64,000 nucleotides of DNA, taken from positions 47,203 through 111,202 of IMG/VR virus record IMGVR_UViG_3300025072_002799, one strand, 5' to 3'. The DNA comes from a virus. Under the pieces are notes generated by a model that worked only from the letters and a program-made list of their open reading frames with translations, was not told the DNA's origin and made no database searches. The position numbers and the translations under genes are program-made. Shown here piece after piece: positions 59,512 through 64,000 of this stretch (positions within the stretch are counted from its first letter, which is position 1; every line of letters starts with the position of its first letter).

Positions 59512-60102
59512 TTAAACTAAGCTCTTTTCCCAATCTTCTGCACATTTAGCTTTCATCTCTTCATAGAAAAGTTCCTTCTCTTCTAGGCGATAATACATAA
59601 AAGGGGGAGTTTCAGGGGCGATTATTTTTAAAAAATTATGCGTTCCTTCTTTGGTAAAAACTATGCGACCAGTATCTCTTTCCTTGCGTATATCACAAGG
59701 CATGTCAACCTCATTAAAAAACCTTTTTATAACTTTGTTTCCTGCCATTCCAAAAGAAGTTGTTCTCAAACATATCCTCTTTTTAGAAACGAAAAATCCT
59801 TTATCTAAAAACCATGCTGCCAGTGCTGCGCCTGTAAGTTGGTTTAAAGAATCCATGTTCATCTCATTGTAAAAACTTTTATGCAAATCAGTCCACACAG
59901 AGTTAGATTGGGATCTCCAATACCCTTGACTAACTGGCGATGGTCGGGCGTATTCTTCAAGACATTGACATTTAAAATTAAACCAATTTTCGTCTTCGAC
60001 TGGTGCCATAGTCATAAAATAATTAACGCCCGTTTTAGGCTTTGACAAGTAGGACTTCCCTAACAGAGTCCCATAGATCAATTGTTTTTGGTATATCTTC
60101 AT
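59512..60102 (-). CDS. LAGLIDADG-fold protein with both catalytic acids lost
   Basis: LIYGTLLGKS and LAAWFLDKG versus canonical GxLLGDG and WFMDDG. Confidence 0.8.
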   Translation of the reverse strand: MKIYQKQLIYGTLLGKSYLSKPKTGVNYFMTMAPVEDENWFNFKCQCLEEYARPSPVSQGYWRSQSNSVWTDLHKSFYNEMNMDSLNQLTGAALAAWFLDKGFFVSKKRICLRTTSFGMAGNKVIKRFFNEVDMPCDIRKERDTGRIVFTKEGTHNFLKIIAPETPPFMYYRLEEKELFYEEMKAKCAEDWEKSLV

Positions 60103-60226
60103 GTTCTTATTTATGCCATAAAATTATATAATTCGTCCTTATATATGCTATTTCTCCTTAATTATTGAATGTTGCAATCATATCTACTTTTGAATATCAA
60201 ACACTCTTTTTAACGAGGTAATTAAA

Positions 60227-60583
60227 ATGGGAGCAACATCCGTTACAGGAACAGGACATGGAGATGTCTCTGGACTAAATAGAGGCTCGGCTCATATGAC
60301 CCTAGCCGTAGGAAACTTGCTTGGACCAAAAGTTGTAGTCGCTGGCTATCACACTTTGACTTCTGGAAGCAACGTACTCAACATTGGAACACTTGAAGGT
60401 GATCTAGCAGACTATATGGTTTTGGTAAGTGATGACGGCGCAATTGGCGTGGCTGCTGCTGCGGGACAATTGACCGCTCTTAACCAAGTGACCATCCAAG
60501 GAACCAGCACTCATGTAATTCATTGGGCTGTAATTCACGTTGGTGATAATCCTGTCGCTGGTCATGCAGGTAGCACTGTCTAA
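60227..60583 (+). CDS. Probable small virion structural protein
   Basis: 118 aa, G/T/V-rich; GAGG SD. Confidence 0.6.
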   Translation: MGATSVTGTGHGDVSGLNRGSAHMTLAVGNLLGPKVVVAGYHTLTSGSNVLNIGTLEGDLADYMVLVSDDGAIGVAAAAGQLTALNQVTIQGTSTHVIHWAVIHVGDNPVAGHAGSTV

Positions 60584-60673
60584 CTGACAGTTTAACAATA
60601 CGTTTTTCACCCTTTGGGGTGGATTCCGTCTCCTTCCCCTATGGGAAGGTCATGTCTCCTTTCTAATTGACAG

Positions 60674-60712
60674 AAAAAACCCCTTAAGCGATGTAGCTTC
60701 TGGGGTTTTTTT
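60674..60712. terminator. Bidirectional terminator at the trailer end of the array
   Basis: aaaaaacccc...ggggttttttt. Confidence 0.75.
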
Positions 60713-60769
60713 CTTTTAAATGGAAAACATGGACTGATATGCATTTTTTTTGGTTTGCATTTTGTAGAT

Positions 60770-61173
60770 CTTGCACATACACCTCAAACATAGGTTATAT
60801 CATCTATTCCAGAACGCCCGTCTCACACGACCTTGCACATACACCTCAAACATAGGTCATATGCATCTAGAATAAAACTTTTGCATCATAACTTTTGCTT
60901 GCACATACACCTCAAACATAGGTCATATGCATCAAAAAAAAGAGACTGGTCAAGCCACTATAGCTTGCACATACACCTCAAACATAGGTCAGAAGAAGAA
61001 GTTGGCTTGCACATACACCTCAAACATAGGTCATATGCATCAGGCTGTCTGATAGCCCTTACGCCATCACTCTTGCACATACACCTCAAACATAGGTCAT
61101 ATGCATCAAAGGACACGGCGAATCAATCTACTCATTGCTTGCACATACACCTCAAACATAGGTCATATGCATC
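60770..61173 (-). CRISPR. CRISPR array, 7 repeats and 6 spacers; repeat GATGCATATGACCTATGTTTGAGGTGTATGTGCAAG
   Basis: Repeats at 60770 (degenerate, 35 bp), 60832, 60898, 60964 (truncated, 28 bp), 61006, 61072 and 61138; unique spacers of 27, 30, 30, 14, 30 and 30 bp; degenerate left end implies minus-strand transcription. Confidence 0.97.
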
Positions 61174-61234
61174 AGTTTGAATGTAAGTTCTTGTTTTCAA
61201 AGATCTTAGGTGTTTTCATAGGATTAAAAAACCT
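61174..61234 (-). promoter_or_regulatory. CRISPR leader with IHF-site-like motif
   Basis: AT-rich; minus-strand AAACAAGAACTTA (61184-61196) is one mismatch from WATCAANNNNTTR, 10 bp from the first repeat. Confidence 0.55.
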
Positions 61235-62704
61235 CTACTCGGCCCTCATCAATCTTTCCAAAGGTTCGAAAAAATCACATTTTGAGTTCAAGTCCTCAGT
61301 TGATTTCACACTATTTTTACAGACTAGCCGAGACAATTCTCTGACTTCTTTTTCACTTAACGCTGCCTGTAGGATTGTACATGATCCTGACCAAGACTCT
61401 CGTGCAAGGTCCGCGTTAAGCACATTGTTTTCAACAAAAGTCATTAAGTATGCCGAGAACAAATGTCTATCGGATTCTACGCCGCATTCACAAATGTGCC
61501 AACGTTCACTTAATTCCTTCTTCTTAATATTACCACAAAAACATGTTTGACTCAAGCTTGTTTTGAATGTATTTATTTCATTAAAATTACCACCGCTTTT
61601 TGTAACTCCATATTTTAAAATCTCAATAAATTGTGATGGTGCAAACCCATTAATGCTTCGACTAAATCTCTTGTCTTTTTGCCATTGTCCATAACTATTT
61701 GTTTCTACTCTAAAATCATTGCCCATTAACATTATGTGATTTGCTAATTTGCGATGATAGTTCTTCCTTTCGGCGGATTTCTTTCTATGAAGTTCTTTAA
61801 TTAACAACTTTGTTTCTAACATTCCTTTGGAGCGTTTTATTTTTGTTCCTTTTTTATAAGTTCCATTTTCATTAAAAGAGTCTGGGTTGTGCTGTCTGGT
61901 CTGTCTATCTAACTTTCTTTGATGCACTCTTAATTGTCTGTTCAGATTTTTAGAATCTTTTGTCATTAAAGGGAATTTCATAGCCATATTTGATGAAACT
62001 ACATCAATAAACCTTGGTCCAACATCAATTCCAACCTTCCCTTCTCCAAGTTCATGATCTGTTGGTGATTGTCCATCAATGACCAGTTGTGCATAGTATT
62101 TTGTCTTTTTAAATTCTGTTCGTCTAATCATACGAACATACCTAACATTTTGCTCTGCTCCAAACATAGTGTAACTATCATTTGGATCAGCTTCTATTTT
62201 AAGCTTTTTGAATTTAACAAAATAAAGATTGAGATCCCCCTTTTTTTCTTTTTTCCACTTTGCACAAGATCCGGTACGTCCTTCGATTGCATTGAATTGT
62301 TTATAACTGCTCATCTTTGGTCTGCCCTTCTTTCCAATAGCAAATTGATTAACAGAGGAAAAGGCAAGCCCAGTTGTAGCGGAAACAGTGTTAGCTCCAA
62401 TGTGATGATTGATCCATGATTTTGTAAATTGTGTAGACCAATTTTTAAGGCAAAACTCTGTAAATTTAAATTCTGTTCTTAATTCCTTGAAAGCTTCTTT
62501 TTTTTCTTTTCCATCTTTCATCTTACAAGCACGACTGTATCTCTTTGTTCTCCTCATTTCTTTTAGCCTTTTTAAGGCTTCCCCAACAACAGCGTTTCTG
62601 ACTTGCCTATTGGCTTCAAACGCCTTATCCAACTTCAAAGCTTGATGCGGAGTTGGTCTAAGAGCTATTTCGCAGATGTATCGTTCTTTTTTTTCTTTTG
62701 CCAT
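61235..62704 (-). CDS. CRISPR-associated TnpB-derived RuvC protein (candidate compact Cas12)
   Basis: EIALRPT N-terminus; GIDVG (D227); RVET (E334); SQTCFC...WHICEC zinc finger; DRHLFSA (H414 at the RuvC-III Asp position). Confidence 0.9.
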   Translation of the reverse strand: MAKEKKERYICEIALRPTPHQALKLDKAFEANRQVRNAVVGEALKRLKEMRRTKRYSRACKMKDGKEKKEAFKELRTEFKFTEFCLKNWSTQFTKSWINHHIGANTVSATTGLAFSSVNQFAIGKKGRPKMSSYKQFNAIEGRTGSCAKWKKEKKGDLNLYFVKFKKLKIEADPNDSYTMFGAEQNVRYVRMIRRTEFKKTKYYAQLVIDGQSPTDHELGEGKVGIDVGPRFIDVVSSNMAMKFPLMTKDSKNLNRQLRVHQRKLDRQTRQHNPDSFNENGTYKKGTKIKRSKGMLETKLLIKELHRKKSAERKNYHRKLANHIMLMGNDFRVETNSYGQWQKDKRFSRSINGFAPSQFIEILKYGVTKSGGNFNEINTFKTSLSQTCFCGNIKKKELSERWHICECGVESDRHLFSAYLMTFVENNVLNADLARESWSGSCTILQAALSEKEVRELSRLVCKNSVKSTEDLNSKCDFFEPLERLMRAE

Positions 62705-62709
62705 GACTT

Positions 62710-62739
62710 AAATTATGACATATCATAATTTTAAAGCAA
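62710..62739 (-). promoter_or_regulatory. Sigma70-like promoter overlapped by a palindromic operator
   Basis: Minus-strand TTGCTT-16bp-CATAAT (TG-extended), ATG 7 nt downstream; inverted repeat aaattatga-cata-tcataattt at 62710-62731. Confidence 0.6.
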
Positions 62740-62758
62740 TACATATTTAAGAATTAAA

Positions 62759-62852
62759 TGACACTGGCAGGATTTGAACCTGCATGGTGAGTTTCGTCAG
62801 ACGGGTACTCTTACCACACCTTCAACTTGCGTCTACATTCCGCCACAGTGTC
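62759..62852 (-). tRNA. tRNA-like gene with Leu-type D-arm but no canonical anticodon arm
   Basis: Acceptor GACACTG/CAGTGTC plus A; D-arm GCG-GAATGTAGA-CGC; T-arm GCAGG-TTCAAAT-CCTGC; aberrant 45-nt centre. Confidence 0.75.
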
Positions 62853-63374
62853 TTAAGAAATCATATTCTTTTTAATTGTTAAGGATTTGTTAGTTCCGAT
62901 GAACTTTTCATGTTTATAAGTCCAAAACCAACCTTCTGGCAATTCTAAGCAATGTTCAAAATAGAAACATCTGAATTTATCATTCTTAAAGGAGTCTGGT
63001 TTTATGTCTTTTGGAGCCTTCATTCCCTTTGATCCATCTTCATATGTAACTTCATCGTAATGCTTAATGCATTTAAGAGGATATGTAACCATATATTTGC
63101 CATGATCTTTGGCATATTGAATTGGGTCGTAATTATTTATGTAAATGTGAGTAAACCAGAGAAGACCTTGTTCGCTGTACTTAGGATCTAAAACGTAATC
63201 GTCTCCCTTTTTGTACAACTTATCTGTTCCATGATACAACTCTATAGAGTAAGGTTCAGATTTACGCTTTGTTGATATTATATTCTTTTTCTTAGGTCGA
63301 TCAAGCCCTGTTCCAGGTCCAAAAAGATCATCGAAATCTAAAGAATTCTCTAGGTATTTTTTAAATCTCATCAA
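62853..63374 (-). CDS. Putative internal head protein, ART-like motifs
   Basis: MRFKKYLE; LYHGT...LWFT...YAKDHG. Confidence 0.6.
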   Translation of the reverse strand: MMRFKKYLENSLDFDDLFGPGTGLDRPKKKNIISTKRKSEPYSIELYHGTDKLYKKGDDYVLDPKYSEQGLLWFTHIYINNYDPIQYAKDHGKYMVTYPLKCIKHYDEVTYEDGSKGMKAPKDIKPDSFKNDKFRCFYFEHCLELPEGWFWTYKHEKFIGTNKSLTIKKNMIS

Positions 63375-64000
63375 ACCTCTTTTGGAGACATGAATGTTGC
63401 GCCAGATCTTTTATCTTGTCCAACTATTTCTAATCCAAATCGTTTTTGCAATATTGGAATAAGTCTTTGATTGCGAACATCTAATTTAATGTGTGAGTCT
63501 GGGTTCGACTCTGAAAAATCATGGAACATATCAAGACCAATCTTTATTAGATTCATTCCAACAAAATTCCCGCCCTGTTCACCAATAATATCAAAGCTGT
63601 ATTCTCCAGAATTGTCGTAAGATGTATATAATCCTCCTAAAACCTTTCCGTTTTCATGCGCAACGACAGCTAACTCTTTGTCGCTAAGAATGTTAATTCC
63701 AGATTTTCTCTCAACTTGTTGCAATTGGTCATGCCAATTTTCTGGCAATCCGTCATCATCTGTATCTCCATAATTAACAAATGCATATTGAGTAGATTCT
63801 GACAGCCATTCTTTGAATGAAAGATTGTGAAATGGGGATACATCACGATAAGGATGGTCCAGAAGCCTGTCCATCTCTTCTTTCCCCTTGTGGCTTGAGA
63901 GAGCCTTCCACGCTTTGCGGTTATCTGATCGGTTATTCTTCTTGAAAGCCTTAGAAAGGGCTTTAGCGATGTCCATTACGGCTGTTCTTGGGCTACTCAT
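63371..64000 (-). CDS. Putative internal head protein (possibly 5'-truncated) with GNAT-like C-domain
   Basis: Internal LSFKEWLSE; KVLGGL...GGNFVG...LQKRFGL. Confidence 0.55.
   Translation of the reverse strand: MSSPRTAVMDIAKALSKAFKKNNRSDNRKAWKALSSHKGKEEMDRLLDHPYRDVSPFHNLSFKEWLSESTQYAFVNYGDTDDDGLPENWHDQLQQVERKSGINILSDKELAVVAHENGKVLGGLYTSYDNSGEYSFDIIGEQGGNFVGMNLIKIGLDMFHDFSESNPDSHIKLDVRNQRLIPILQKRFGLEIVGQDKRSGATFMSPKEV

Noticed and set aside
60833-61180. 115-aa ORF with HIHLKHRSYAS repeats
   Set aside because: Translation of the CRISPR array; the 66-bp unit keeps the frame open
62788-62812. CTGACGAAAC in the tRNA-like centre as a hammerhead ribozyme
   Set aside because: No stem II and no complete CUGAnGA...GAAA core
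1-64000. Alternative genetic code
   Set aside because: Conserved genes are full length in code 11, and TAA, TAG and TGA all act as stops

Overview
This AT-rich window comes from a large T4-like (jumbo) dsDNA phage read in the standard genetic code. It carries a T4-type head module: terminase large subunit, an intein-containing portal, a core protein, gp21-like protease, scaffold and gp23-like major capsid. It also has PKD and repeat virion proteins, a primase, a Cas4-like exonuclease and two DNA methyltransferases. Host-like genes include GlpX, a COG1233 FAD oxidoreductase, MscL, an ExbB/ExbD-like pair, a volactin-like actin, a J-domain protein, a GT9 glycosyltransferase, three proteases and a CX5R phosphatase. 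The main find is at 60.7-62.9 kb: a 7-repeat CRISPR array (36-bp repeat, mostly 30-bp spacers) lying 61 bp downstream of a 489-aa TnpB-derived RuvC protein. No cas1/cas2 or tnpA is present in the window, and the third RuvC catalytic Asp reads as His. This is a candidate compact phage type V system, possibly a non-cutting RNA-guided repressor. Nearby are an anticodon-less tRNA-like gene, a LAGLIDADG protein with both catalytic Asp replaced by Lys, and an unannotated remnant of a different TnpB that keeps its omegaRNA-like right end. More than 12 unrelated proteins share a T4-like capsid-targeting N-terminus, and a CATAWATA late-promoter-like motif precedes many apparently leaderless genes. All calls are by-eye motif recognition; no database searches were run.
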